DNA of 57,635 bases from Candidatus Phoenicimicrobium oleiphilum. GTDB taxonomy: Bacteria; Atribacterota; Phoenicimicrobiia; Phoenicimicrobiales; Phoenicimicrobiaceae. The notes beneath the pieces were generated by a model. That model did not search any database and was not told the DNA's origin. It saw nothing but the letters and a program-made list of their open reading frames with translations. The stretch covers positions 1 to 57,635 of the forward strand of contig JBDIWJ010000006.1 in NCBI GenBank assembly GCA_039638295.1. Reading direction: 5' to 3'. A program made the translations under genes and the position numbers. Shown one piece after another: positions 9,902-19,059 of the stretch; position 1 is the stretch's first letter; each line of letters begins with the position of its first letter.

Positions 9902-9930
9902 TTGACATTATATCATATTAATGTTATATT
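9902..9930 (+). promoter_or_regulatory. Sigma70-type promoter for the pur operon
   Basis: TTGACA (9902-9907), 17 bp, TG-n-TATATT (9925-9930). Confidence 0.7.
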
Positions 9931-9965
9931 TTAGTCAGAAAAAATATTAAAATTAAATATTAGAT

Positions 9966-10036
9966 GCTCGTATAAACTCTTGGATATGGCAAGGGTGTTT
10001 CTACCAGGTGACCGTAAATCACGACAGGCTACGAGT
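9966..10036 (+). ncRNA. Purine (guanine-sensing) riboswitch aptamer
   Basis: P1 GCTCGTA/TACGAGT, L2 GATATGG, J2/3 GTTTCTACC, L3 CCGTAAA, discriminator C at 10029. P3 is imperfect. Confidence 0.88.
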
Positions 10037-10225
10037 GGAAGTGCACCTTAGGGAATCGCTTATTTAAGCTGATTTATATTTGTAAATAATTATATTGTGC
10101 TTAGATAAGATTAGAACCAAGTGGTGCAAAGTATATTTATTTTATACTACACCGGAGGGTTAAAAGCCCAGGCGGAGAGGTTCCACTCTGATGGATGGAA
10201 TTTCTGCTGTCTAGGCTTTTTTATT
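10033..10225 (+). ncRNA. ykkC-family (PRPP-type, subtype 2b) aptamer plus terminator, in tandem with the guanine aptamer
   Basis: GGAAGTGCACCTTAGGG...ACCAAGTGGTGCA...TACACCGGAGGGTTAAAAGCCCAGGCGG; P0 GAGTGGAA/TTCCACTC; terminator AAAAGCC...GGCTTTT plus U-tract. Confidence 0.85.
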
Positions 10226-10271
10226 TTTTATGAAATAAGTTATTGGTTAAATAGATAAAAATTTAAGGAGA

Positions 10272-10760
10272 TTGGGGGAGAAGAATGTGAATGATAAGGT
10301 AGCGATAATAATGGGAAGCATATCAGATAATGAAGATATGAAAAAAGCAGCTGAAGTATTAGATGAATTAGGTATTTCTTATGAGGTAAGGGTGCTCTCG
10401 GCTCATCGTACTCCCGATTTGTTATTTGAATATGTTGCCCAAATAGAAGAGAAAGGATTTAGAGTAATAATTGCTGGGGCTGGCGGGGCAGCTCATCTAC
10501 CGGGAGTGGTAGCCTCTAAGACATTGTTGCCAGTAATTGGAGTACCTATAGAGACAAAAGCTTTAGGAGGTCTTGATTCTTTATTATCTATAGTTCAAAT
10601 GCCTGGCGGTATTCCAGTTGCTACAGTAGGAATAGGAAATGCCAAAAATGCTGGGCTACTGGCAGCGCATATATTGGCTATTGAAAATTCTAAAATTAGA
10701 GAAAGACTTAAAGATTATAGAGAAGCTATGGCTCAGAAGATAAAGGATATTAAGATATAG
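10272..10760 (+). CDS. purE: N5-CAIR mutase
   Basis: [22 protein letters not shown] and [11 protein letters not shown]. Confidence 0.96.
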   Translation: MGEKNVNDKVAIIMGSISDNEDMKKAAEVLDELGISYEVRVLSAHRTPDLLFEYVAQIEEKGFRVIIAGAGGAAHLPGVVASKTLLPVIGVPIETKALGGLDSLLSIVQMPGGIPVATVGIGNAKNAGLLAAHILAIENSKIRERLKDYREAMAQKIKDIKI

Positions 10761-10925
10761 CGTATAGCGGATAGGATATTAGTTATCCAGTTACCCTGTT
10801 ATCCAGTTTACCAGTTAAAATACAGGTTACGAGTTGCAAGTTACAAGTTATAAAATTTCTCCATTTTGTCATTGCGAAACGAAGCGACGAAGCAATCCCA
10901 AGAAGTACGAAATTGCCGCGCTCCG
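10761..10925. repeat. Degenerate 7-8 bp tandem repeats plus a TGTCATTGCG...GCAATC palindromic element
   Basis: GTTATCCA GTTACCCT GTTATCCA GTTTACCA; GTTACGA GTTGCAA GTTACAA GTTATAA; TGTCATTGCGAAACGAAGCGACGAAGCAATC at 10867-10897. Confidence 0.55.
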
Positions 10926-11107
10926 ATAATCTAAACAATGATAGAGAGCATAATAAAGTGATGATTAGGGATTGGCAGTAAAAACCTTTATTCAAAACTA
11001 ACGACTATTTTAATCAGCCAATCGGTAAATTAGTTAATTAATCTTTAATCTTAATAGGATAATCGGCCAATTGAATAATTGGTGAATTGATAGAAAGGAG
11101 CAAATAG

Positions 11108-12136
11108 ATGGGGAGCGTAAAAGATTTGGAAGTGTTAGAACACCCGAGTTCGAACAAAACTGGCAGAGGAAGATTCATCTTTTCAGACCGTTATTCAGTA
11201 TTTGATTGGGGGGAGATGCCAGACCATATTCCTAATAAAGGGAAATCTTTATGTATTTCAGCTGCTTATTTCTTTGAAAAACTTAAATCTTTGGGGTTAA
11301 AAAGCCATTATTTAGGATTAGTCGAGGATGGTAATAAATTGGGAAGATTATCAGATATTGAAATTCCAGTTAATATTATGGAAGTAAAATTACTCAGAGT
11401 ATTGACTCCCCTACACAAGAGTGGTCGTTATGATTATTCTATCTATCAAACTGAAAAAAATAATTTTTTAATCCCCTTGGAGATTATTTATCGAAAATCT
11501 CTTCCCAAGGGTTCCAGTGTATTTAAAAGATTGGAAGAAGGAAGCTTGAAACTGGAAGATTTGGGCTTGAAAGAAATGCCTCTTCCTGGCCAAACTTTAC
11601 GCAAACCATTTTTAGATGTTTCTACTAAACTTGAAGAGACTGACCGATATCTAAACTGGCCGGAAGCAAAAGATATAGCTCATCTTGACGATAGTGAGAT
11701 TGAAGATATAAAAAAGATAACTTTAATGATTAACGAATTGATAGACAAGGAAGCAGAAAAGGTGGGCTTAAAGTACGAAGATGGGAAAATAGAGATTGGA
11801 TTTGATGAAGAAAGGAACCTGATAGTTATAGATGTGTTAGGGACTTTAGATGAATGTCGTTTTACCTTTAAGGGAATGCCAGTAAGTAAAGAGATTGCTA
11901 GATTATATTATCGAAAAACTGATTGGTTTAAAGAATTGGTTGAAGCCAAAAAAAGAGATAGTATAAACTGGAAAGAAAAAGTGAACCTCTCTCCACCATC
12001 CTTACCGCCAAGATTAAAAGAACTTATTTCAATGGCTTATTGTGCCTTTGCCAACGAAATTACCGGGAGAATATGGTTCCCTAAAGTTCCAGCAATGAAA
12101 GCGATATTAGAAGAAATTATTTCATATATTATATAG
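11108..12136 (+). CDS. purC: SAICAR synthetase, long (archaeal-like) form
   Basis: MGSVKDL, FSDRYSVFDWG, PNKG, STKLE, DGKIE and GTLDECRF. Confidence 0.88.
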   Translation: MGSVKDLEVLEHPSSNKTGRGRFIFSDRYSVFDWGEMPDHIPNKGKSLCISAAYFFEKLKSLGLKSHYLGLVEDGNKLGRLSDIEIPVNIMEVKLLRVLTPLHKSGRYDYSIYQTEKNNFLIPLEIIYRKSLPKGSSVFKRLEEGSLKLEDLGLKEMPLPGQTLRKPFLDVSTKLEETDRYLNWPEAKDIAHLDDSEIEDIKKITLMINELIDKEAEKVGLKYEDGKIEIGFDEERNLIVIDVLGTLDECRFTFKGMPVSKEIARLYYRKTDWFKELVEAKKRDSINWKEKVNLSPPSLPPRLKELISMAYCAFANEITGRIWFPKVPAMKAILEEIISYII

Positions 12137-12189
12137 ATATATAAAACAAAAATTAAAAATTAGGGTGATTTTAATTTTGAAAGGAGTTA

Positions 12190-14397
12190 TTGATGAATAA
12201 TAATAACCAAGAAGAAAGAGATTTAAAAAAAATATTAGAAGAAAATGATCTTACCGAAAGCGAATATAAAAAAATTGTAGAAACTTTGAAAAGAGAGCCA
12301 AACGATGTGGAGTTAGGGCTCTATTCGGCAATGTGGTCAGAACACTGTAGTTATAAAAGTTCAAAACCGCTATTGAATATATTTCCTACTCAAGCAGAAT
12401 GGGTTCTTTTTGGTCCGGGAGAGAATGCTGGAGCTATCAATATTGGAGAAGGTCTGGCTATGATGATGAAAATTGAAAGTCATAATCATCCTTCAGCAGT
12501 TGAACCTTTTCATGGAGCTGCCACTGGTTTAGGGGGGGTGGTAAGAGATATTCTGGCAATGGGCGCCCGTCCTGTTGCACTATTAGGTTCTATGCGTTTT
12601 GGGAGTTTAGAGGATTCTCATGTAAAATATTTGGTTAAGGAAGCAGCGAAGGGTTTAGCTTTTTACGGAAATGGCATTGAAGTTCCAACTATTGGTGGAG
12701 AAACTTACTTTTTAGATAGCTATCAGGGTAATCCTTTAGTAAACGCTATGTGCGTTGGTTTGGCAAAGAAGAAAGAGATTGTAGTTGCTGTAGCCAAAGG
12801 GGCAGATAGCATAGTGATTTTAGCAGGAGAGAAAACTGGTAGAGATGGAGTGGGAAGTGCAAGTTTTGCTTCGCGTGAGTTAGAGGGGGAAGAAAAGGAG
12901 ATTGAACATCCTTCTATCCCTCAGGGTAATCCCTTTTTAGAAAAAAAATTAATAGAGGCCTGTTTAGAAATAGTAAAAAGAGGACTTATTTTGGGAATGC
13001 AGGATTTAGGGGCAGCTGGATTGGTAAGTTCTACCTGTGAAATGGCCAGTAAAGGAAATTGTGGAATAGAATTAGATCTATCCTTAGTACCTCAAAAAGA
13101 AAAAAATATGACTCCTCGAGAAATTATGCTTTCGGAAACTCAGGAAAGGATGTTGTTGATTGCTAAAAAAGATAAGGAAGATGAGATAGGAAAAATATTT
13201 AATAAATGGGGGATAGAGTATACAGTAATAGGCAAGGTGACTTCCGATGGTCTTTTGCGTCTAAAAGAAGGAGAAAGAATTGTAGGGGAAGTACCAGCAA
13301 AATCCTTGGCCGAAGGTGTTCCTATCCGTTACTATCAAAGTAGAATTCCGGCTAAACTAAAAGAAATACAAGAATTAAACTTAGAAAATATTTCCCAACC
13401 AGAAGATTATAATCAGGTATTGTTAAAGATATTAGCATCTCCAAATATTTGTAGTAAGGAATGGGTTTTTAAAGACCATAAAAAGATAAGTGCCGAAGGT
13501 ACTGAGGCTATATTATTTCCGGGGGATGATGCAGGTGTATTAAAAATTAATGGGAGCAAAAGAGGGATTGCTTTTACTACTGATGGAAACGGAAGATACT
13601 GTTATCTTGATCCTTTTGTGGGAGGGGAGATTGCGGTTGCTGAAGCAGCACGTAATCTTTCCTGTAAAGGAGCTTTACCAATGGCGGTTACCGATAATCT
13701 CAATTTTGGAAATCCCGAAAAAGAAGAGGTATTCTGGCAGCTGGAAGAATCGGTCAAAGGAATTAGCGAAGCTTGTGAGGCATTAGGGGTTCCGGTTATT
13801 AGCGGTAATGTTAGCTTGAATAATGAAAGCAACGGAGAAGCCATTTATCCCACCCCTATAATTGGTATGGCTGGAATAATTGAAGATTGTAATCAGCTTT
13901 GCCCTATGTCATTTAAGAATGATAGTGACTTAATTGTTCTAATAGGAGAAAACAAAGAAGAAATAGGCGGAAGTGAGTATTTAAAGGTTTTTCATAATAT
14001 GGAAAAGGGTTTACCTCCTCAAATTGATTTGAATTTAGAGAAATCAGTACAGGATGCCTGCAGAGAGAGTATTCAAGCTGGGATAATATCTTCAGCCCAT
14101 GATTGTTCTGATGGCGGGTTAGCTATTGCCTTAGCTGAGTGTTGTATAACAGGGGAAAAGGGGGCAAAAGTTGAAATCAATAATACCAATATTAGAAATG
14201 ATGCTCTACTTTTTGGCGAGACCCAATCTCGAATTGTAGTTTCCCTTCCTGAAAGGAATTTGGATTCCTTAAAAGAGATTGCAAATAAATTTGAAGCTCC
14301 AATTCAGATATTGGGGAAAGTTGAAGGAAATAGTTTAAAGATTAATAATCTGATTGATATAGAAGTGGTGCAACTTAAAAAAGCTTGGAAGAGGTAA
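12190..14397 (+). CDS. purL: FGAM synthase large subunit (small-type PurL)
   Basis: MWSEHCSYKSS, ESHNHPS, QDLGAAGL, SETQERM, NLNFGNPE and HDCSDGG. Confidence 0.96.
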   Translation: MMNNNNQEERDLKKILEENDLTESEYKKIVETLKREPNDVELGLYSAMWSEHCSYKSSKPLLNIFPTQAEWVLFGPGENAGAINIGEGLAMMMKIESHNHPSAVEPFHGAATGLGGVVRDILAMGARPVALLGSMRFGSLEDSHVKYLVKEAAKGLAFYGNGIEVPTIGGETYFLDSYQGNPLVNAMCVGLAKKKEIVVAVAKGADSIVILAGEKTGRDGVGSASFASRELEGEEKEIEHPSIPQGNPFLEKKLIEACLEIVKRGLILGMQDLGAAGLVSSTCEMASKGNCGIELDLSLVPQKEKNMTPREIMLSETQERMLLIAKKDKEDEIGKIFNKWGIEYTVIGKVTSDGLLRLKEGERIVGEVPAKSLAEGVPIRYYQSRIPAKLKEIQELNLENISQPEDYNQVLLKILASPNICSKEWVFKDHKKISAEGTEAILFPGDDAGVLKINGSKRGIAFTTDGNGRYCYLDPFVGGEIAVAEAARNLSCKGALPMAVTDNLNFGNPEKEEVFWQLEESVKGISEACEALGVPVISGNVSLNNESNGEAIYPTPIIGMAGIIEDCNQLCPMSFKNDSDLIVLIGENKEEIGGSEYLKVFHNMEKGLPPQIDLNLEKSVQDACRESIQAGIISSAHDCSDGGLAIALAECCITGEKGAKVEINNTNIRNDALLFGETQSRIVVSLPERNLDSLKEIANKFEAPIQILGKVEGNSLKINNLIDIEVVQLKKAWKR

Positions 14398-14404
14398 TAG
14401 ATTA

Positions 14405-15775
14405 ATGCGTGAAGAGTGTGGAATTTTTGGAATCTTTAATAACGGTAATGGAAGTAAAAAGGATACATCTATAGATGTGGCTAAATTGACTTATTTTGGT
14501 CTTTATGCCCTTCAGCATCGGGGGCAGGAGAGCGCAGGGATTGCTGTATCTGACGGAGAAAATATTTTAGTCTATAAGGATTTGGGACTGGTTTCCGAGG
14601 TGTTTAATGAAGAAAAATTGAGTATCTTGCAAGGTAATTGTGCTGTAGGCCATGTTCGTTATTCAGCTAAAGGTAAAGACCTTTGGAAAAGTAGCCAGCC
14701 TTTAATAAATGAACACAAGGGGAAGACTTTTGTTTTAGCTCACAATGGTAGTTTAATGAATTCTGATGAACTGAAAGCAAAAATAACCCAGGAAACAAAT
14801 TTATCTCGCTCTACTACCAACACTGAGATAATGGGCAGTTTAATTGCTGAAAGAGCTGAAGAGGATATTGAAGATGCAATTAAGTCAGTTGCAGCCCAGC
14901 TAAAAGGAGCTTTTTCCCTAATTATTATGACCAATAAGAAATTAATTGGTCTTCGTGATCGTTGTGGATTTCGGCCTCTTTCGTTAGGAAAATTAAAAGA
15001 TTCTTATCTTTTTGCTTCTGAAACCTCTGCTTTTAACCTTATTGGCGCAGAATTTATAAGAGAAGTAGAACCGGGTGAGATGATTGTAATTGACAGAAAT
15101 GGTTTAAAATCTTTTCGAATATTACCTTCTAGAAAAGGGGCTTTTTGTGTTTTTGAATTTGTGTATCTTGCTCGTCCAGATAGTGATATTTATGGAGAAA
15201 ATGTTGCTTTCAGCAGACAAAAAATGGGTCAAAGATTGGCTCAAGAACATCCCGTTGAAGCGGATTTGGTAATGCCAGTCCCTGATTCGGGAAGATATAC
15301 TGCTATAGGCTATGCTTACCAATCTGGAATTCCTTATGGAGAAGGATTATTAAGAAATCATTATATCGGGAGAACTTTTATTCAACCGGTACAATCAATA
15401 AGAGAAGGCTCAGTAAAAATAAAACTTTCTCCCATTAAAAAGATTTTAGAGGGGAAAAGAGTGATATTAGTCGATGATTCGATTGTCCGTGGAACTACCA
15501 GTAAAAAACTTATTAAACTTCTAAAAGAGGCGGGAGCGAGAGAAGTTCATTTACGAATAAGCTCACCACCAGTTATGTGGCCCTGTTTTTATGGAATAGA
15601 TACTCCCAACAAGAAAGATTTATGGGCTGCTAATCACAGTTTAGAAGAAACCAGAAAGTGGTTGGGAGCTGATAGTTTAGGTCATGTAAGCATAAAAGGG
15701 CTATGCAGTATTTTTGATAAAATTCCTGCTGATAATTTTTGTTTAGCCTGTTTCGATGGGAAGTATCCAATATAG
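14405..15775 (+). CDS. purF: Amidophosphoribosyltransferase (Fe-S type)
   Basis: EECG, LQHRGQE, VPDSG, VDDSIVRGTT, CFYGID and CLAC. Confidence 0.95.
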   Translation: MREECGIFGIFNNGNGSKKDTSIDVAKLTYFGLYALQHRGQESAGIAVSDGENILVYKDLGLVSEVFNEEKLSILQGNCAVGHVRYSAKGKDLWKSSQPLINEHKGKTFVLAHNGSLMNSDELKAKITQETNLSRSTTNTEIMGSLIAERAEEDIEDAIKSVAAQLKGAFSLIIMTNKKLIGLRDRCGFRPLSLGKLKDSYLFASETSAFNLIGAEFIREVEPGEMIVIDRNGLKSFRILPSRKGAFCVFEFVYLARPDSDIYGENVAFSRQKMGQRLAQEHPVEADLVMPVPDSGRYTAIGYAYQSGIPYGEGLLRNHYIGRTFIQPVQSIREGSVKIKLSPIKKILEGKRVILVDDSIVRGTTSKKLIKLLKEAGAREVHLRISSPPVMWPCFYGIDTPNKKDLWAANHSLEETRKWLGADSLGHVSIKGLCSIFDKIPADNFCLACFDGKYPI

Positions 15776-15920
15776 ATTTCGTATCTCTATCTCGTGAATC
15801 GTATCTCGTATATAGTTAATTGGTTATCTGGTTGTTAGCTAGTTAAGGTAGTAAAAAACGAAAAGTATAAAGCACAAAATTAAATTTGTATCTCGCACAG
15901 GAATAATTAATGTGTTAAAT

Positions 15921-15944
15921 GTAGGGGCTCGATTCATCGAGCCC
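15921..15944 (+). repeat. GTAG-type REP-like hairpin
   Basis: GTAGGGGCTCGAT-TC-ATCGAGCCC. Confidence 0.65.
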
Positions 15945-15980
15945 GAGAGTATGCTAATTAAAGGAAGGAAAATTAAACTG

Positions 15981-16988
15981 ATGACAAGATCTTATAAAGA
16001 AGCTGGGGTGGATATCGATCTGGCTAACCAGGTAGTAAAAGGAGTAAAGCCATTAATTAGAAAAACATTTATCTCGGGAGTATTGGGTGATATAGGAGGA
16101 TTTGGCGGATTATTTTCATTAACTGGCCAAAATTATAAGGAGCCGGTATTAGTTTCTGGTACTGACGGAGTGGGGACTAAATTAAAAATTGCTTTTGCCT
16201 TAAATAAACATAACACTGTAGGGATAGATTTAGTGGCAATGTCGGTTAATGATATCATTACTTGTGGAGCGAAGCCTTTATTTTTTCTGGATTATATTTC
16301 TATTGGTAAACTGTCAAAAAAAGTAGTTGTTGAGCTTATAAGAGGAATTACCGAAGGGTGTAAAATGGCGAATTGTGCTTTGTTAGGTGGAGAGACTGCT
16401 GAAATGCCTGATTTCTATGCTGAAGGAGAATATGATTTAGCTGGATTTGCAGTAGGTATTGTAGAAAAGAGTAAAATAATTGATGGCCGAGAGATTAGAG
16501 AAGGAGATTCAATTATAGGCGTTACTTCTTGTGGGTTGCACAGTAATGGCTTTTCTTTGGTTAGGAAAGTTTTATTGGAAGAGAAGAGATATACTTTAGA
16601 AGAATTTATACCTTCTTTAGGGAAAACTTTAGGGGAGGAGTTACTTACTCCCACCCGAATCTATGTAAAACCAATTTTACATTTATTGGAAAAGTATAAA
16701 CTCTTAGGAATAGCTCACATTACTGGTGGGGGGATGGTGGAAAACATTTACAGGGTTTTGCCTGAGGGAGTTTCAATTCGGATTAATAGAGAAAGCTGGC
16801 CTAAACCCCCTATCTTTTCTTTAATTCAAAAAGAAGGAAGAATTTCTGATGAAGAAATGTATCGTACCTTTAATGTGGGAATTGGGATGGCACTAATTGT
16901 AAGGTCAAATGATGCTGAAGAAATAATTAAAGAACTCAATGAGATGAATTTTCTTTCTTATCTTATTGGCCAAGTAGTAAAAATGTAA
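15981..16988 (+). CDS. purM: AIR synthetase
   Basis: YKEAGVD, GTDGVGTK, GGETAEMP, HSNGFSL, HITGGG and TFNVG. Start set at ATG 15981 after SD AAGGAAGG. Confidence 0.96.
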   Translation: MTRSYKEAGVDIDLANQVVKGVKPLIRKTFISGVLGDIGGFGGLFSLTGQNYKEPVLVSGTDGVGTKLKIAFALNKHNTVGIDLVAMSVNDIITCGAKPLFFLDYISIGKLSKKVVVELIRGITEGCKMANCALLGGETAEMPDFYAEGEYDLAGFAVGIVEKSKIIDGREIREGDSIIGVTSCGLHSNGFSLVRKVLLEEKRYTLEEFIPSLGKTLGEELLTPTRIYVKPILHLLEKYKLLGIAHITGGGMVENIYRVLPEGVSIRINRESWPKPPIFSLIQKEGRISDEEMYRTFNVGIGMALIVRSNDAEEIIKELNEMNFLSYLIGQVVKM

Positions 16989-17020
16989 ACAAAAGTGCCT
17001 GGCACTTTTGTTTACATTTT
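16980..17020. repeat. Perfect 41-bp palindrome at the purM 3' end
   Basis: AAAATGTAAACAAAAGTGCC-T-GGCACTTTTGTTTACATTTT (20-bp arms, 1-nt centre); it contains the purM stop codon. Confidence 0.9.
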
Positions 17021-17036
17021 GAAGGAGAAAGAGCTA

Positions 17037-17639
17037 ATGATTAATATTGGAGTGTTGGTTTCAGGCAGAGGAACTAATTTGCAGGCTATAATTGAGGCTA
17101 TCAAAGAAGGTAAAATTGAGGGAAAGATTAGTATTGTTATTAGTGATAATCGCGATGCCTTTGCTCTAAAGAGAGCTGAGCAAAACAATATCGAAACTCG
17201 ATATATTAATTTTAAAAGTTTTGAAAATAGGGAAGATTATGATAAAAAAATTGTGGAATATTTGAAGGAGAAGGATGTTGATCTGGTAGTTTTGGCTGGT
17301 TATATGAGAATTTTGAGTCCCTATTTTATTAAAATGTATAAAAATAAGATAATGAATATTCATCCTGCATTACTTCCTTCTTTTCCAGGTTTACATGCCC
17401 AGAGACAAGCTATAGAATATGGAGTGAAGATTTCTGGCTGTACAGTTCATTTCGTTGATGAAGGAGTAGATTCTGGCCCTATCATTTTACAGAAGGAGGT
17501 AGAGGTAAAGGATGATGATACCGAGGAATCATTAGCGGAAAAAATTTTAAAAGAAGAACACCAAATCTATCCTCAGGCAATACAATTATTTTGTCAGGGT
17601 AGATTAATTGTCAAAGGGAGAAAAGTTTTTATTAAATAA
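17037..17639 (+). CDS. purN: GAR transformylase
   Basis: SGRGTNL, LAGYMRIL, NIHPALLP and GCTVHFV..VDSGPII. Start set at ATG 17037 after SD GAAGGAG. Confidence 0.96.
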   Translation: MINIGVLVSGRGTNLQAIIEAIKEGKIEGKISIVISDNRDAFALKRAEQNNIETRYINFKSFENREDYDKKIVEYLKEKDVDLVVLAGYMRILSPYFIKMYKNKIMNIHPALLPSFPGLHAQRQAIEYGVKISGCTVHFVDEGVDSGPIILQKEVEVKDDDTEESLAEKILKEEHQIYPQAIQLFCQGRLIVKGRKVFIK

Positions 17640-17659
17640 TCATTTATAAAAAAAATTAA

Positions 17660-17684
17660 GTTGGAGCTCGATTTATTGAGCCCG
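17660..17684 (+). repeat. Degenerate REP-like hairpin
   Basis: GTTGGAGCTCGATTTATTGAGCCCG, a variant of the copy at 15921. Confidence 0.55.
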
Positions 17685-17728
17685 CAATAAGGACTGATTA
17701 GGATTTTTAGAAGAGAGGTAAACTTGAG

Positions 17729-18997
17729 ATGAAAGTACTGGTAATAGGCAGTGGAGGAAGAGAACATACCCTGGTGTGGAAAATTGCTCAAAGTCCGAAA
17801 GTTTCTAAAATTTATTGTGCCCCGGGTAATGCAGGAATTTCTCAATTAGCCCGGTGTATAGATATTGATGCAGAAAACATAGATAAGTTAGCTAATTTTG
17901 TCCAAAAAGAAGAGATTGATTTGACTGTAGTGGGACCAGAATTGCCTTTATCCAAAGGAATAGTAAATGAGTTTAACAGGAAGGGTTTGCGGATATTTGG
18001 TCCAAGCAAAGAGGCCACAGAGATCGAGTCAAGCAAGGTTTTCTCCAAGCACTTAATGAAAAAGTATAATATACCTACCGCTAATTATCAGGTCTTTCAG
18101 GATAGTGAAAAGGCGTTCGATTATATAAAACAACAGACTTTCCCTTTAGCAATAAAAGCAGATGGATTGGCAGCTGGTAAAGGAGTATTTATTGTAAAAG
18201 ATCTGGTTCAAGCTAGAGATGCTTTAGATGCCTTAATGGAGGAAAAAAAATTTGGAGAAGCAGGTAAGCAGGTAGTAATAGAGGAATTTTTAGAAGGGGA
18301 AGAGGTATCCATTTTAGCATTTTGTGATGGGAGAACTGTTGTGCCTATGGTTTCCTCTCAGGACCACAAAAAGATATTTGACGATGACCAGGGACCTAAT
18401 ACTGGTGGAATGGGAGCTTATTCTCCAGTCCCCTTTTATCCTGATGAGTTTGAAAGGAGAGTTTTAGAAGAGATTTTAAAACCTACTATAAAGGGATTAC
18501 GGAGTGAAGGAAGAGAGTATAAAGGAGTACTTTATGCTGGGTTGATATTAACTAAAGAAGGCCCTAAAGTTTTAGAATTTAATGCTCGCTTTGGTGACCC
18601 GGAAACTCAAGTAATATTACCAAGATTAAAAACAGATTTAGTAGATATATTAATTGCAGTAATTGAGAAGAATCTGGATAAAATCAACATCGAATGGGAA
18701 GATAATGCCACAGTATGTGTAGTAGTGGCGTCAGGGGGATATCCAGATAAATATCAGAAAGGAAAGGTTATTAGTGGTTTAGAAAGATTAGAAAAAATGA
18801 GAAATATAATGGTCTTTCATGCTGGTACCAAACTCGAAGATAATAAGATTATTACATCAGGAGGAAGAGTTCTAGGAATAACTGCCTGGGATGAGACTAT
18901 ATCTAAAGCAAGAGAGAAGGCATATAAGGAAGTAAAAGAAATTTATTTTGAGGAAATGTATTATCGAAAAGATATTGCTTCAAAAGCCCTAAAATAA
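17729..18997 (+). CDS. purD: GAR synthetase
   Basis: GSGGREH, KADGLAAGKGV, QDHK, GPNTGGMG and EFNARFGDPE. Confidence 0.97.
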   Translation: MKVLVIGSGGREHTLVWKIAQSPKVSKIYCAPGNAGISQLARCIDIDAENIDKLANFVQKEEIDLTVVGPELPLSKGIVNEFNRKGLRIFGPSKEATEIESSKVFSKHLMKKYNIPTANYQVFQDSEKAFDYIKQQTFPLAIKADGLAAGKGVFIVKDLVQARDALDALMEEKKFGEAGKQVVIEEFLEGEEVSILAFCDGRTVVPMVSSQDHKKIFDDDQGPNTGGMGAYSPVPFYPDEFERRVLEEILKPTIKGLRSEGREYKGVLYAGLILTKEGPKVLEFNARFGDPETQVILPRLKTDLVDILIAVIEKNLDKINIEWEDNATVCVVVASGGYPDKYQKGKVISGLERLEKMRNIMVFHAGTKLEDNKIITSGGRVLGITAWDETISKAREKAYKEVKEIYFEEMYYRKDIASKALK

Positions 18998-19007
18998 AAA
19001 TATTCCC

Positions 19008-19030
19008 ATAGGACAGGCATCTCGCCTGTC
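19008..19030 (+). repeat. REP-like hairpin
   Basis: ATAG-GACAGGC-ATCTC-GCCTGTC. Confidence 0.45.
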
Positions 19031-19059
19031 TTTTAAAGATAGATAAAGGAGAAGAAAAA

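Noticed and set aside
10761-10860. Short repeat tracts (also 37396 and 41951) as CRISPR arrays
   Set aside because: Units are 7-8 bp, degenerate and lack unique spacers; no cas genes are present.
10783-10995. 70-aa minus-strand ORF between purE and purC as a possible purS or purK remnant
   Set aside because: It is a translation of repeat DNA on the wrong strand, with no Pur motifs.
15912-15980. N-terminal extensions of purM (15912) and purN (16995)
   Set aside because: They run through palindromic repeats; downstream ATGs have SD sites and match family N-termini.
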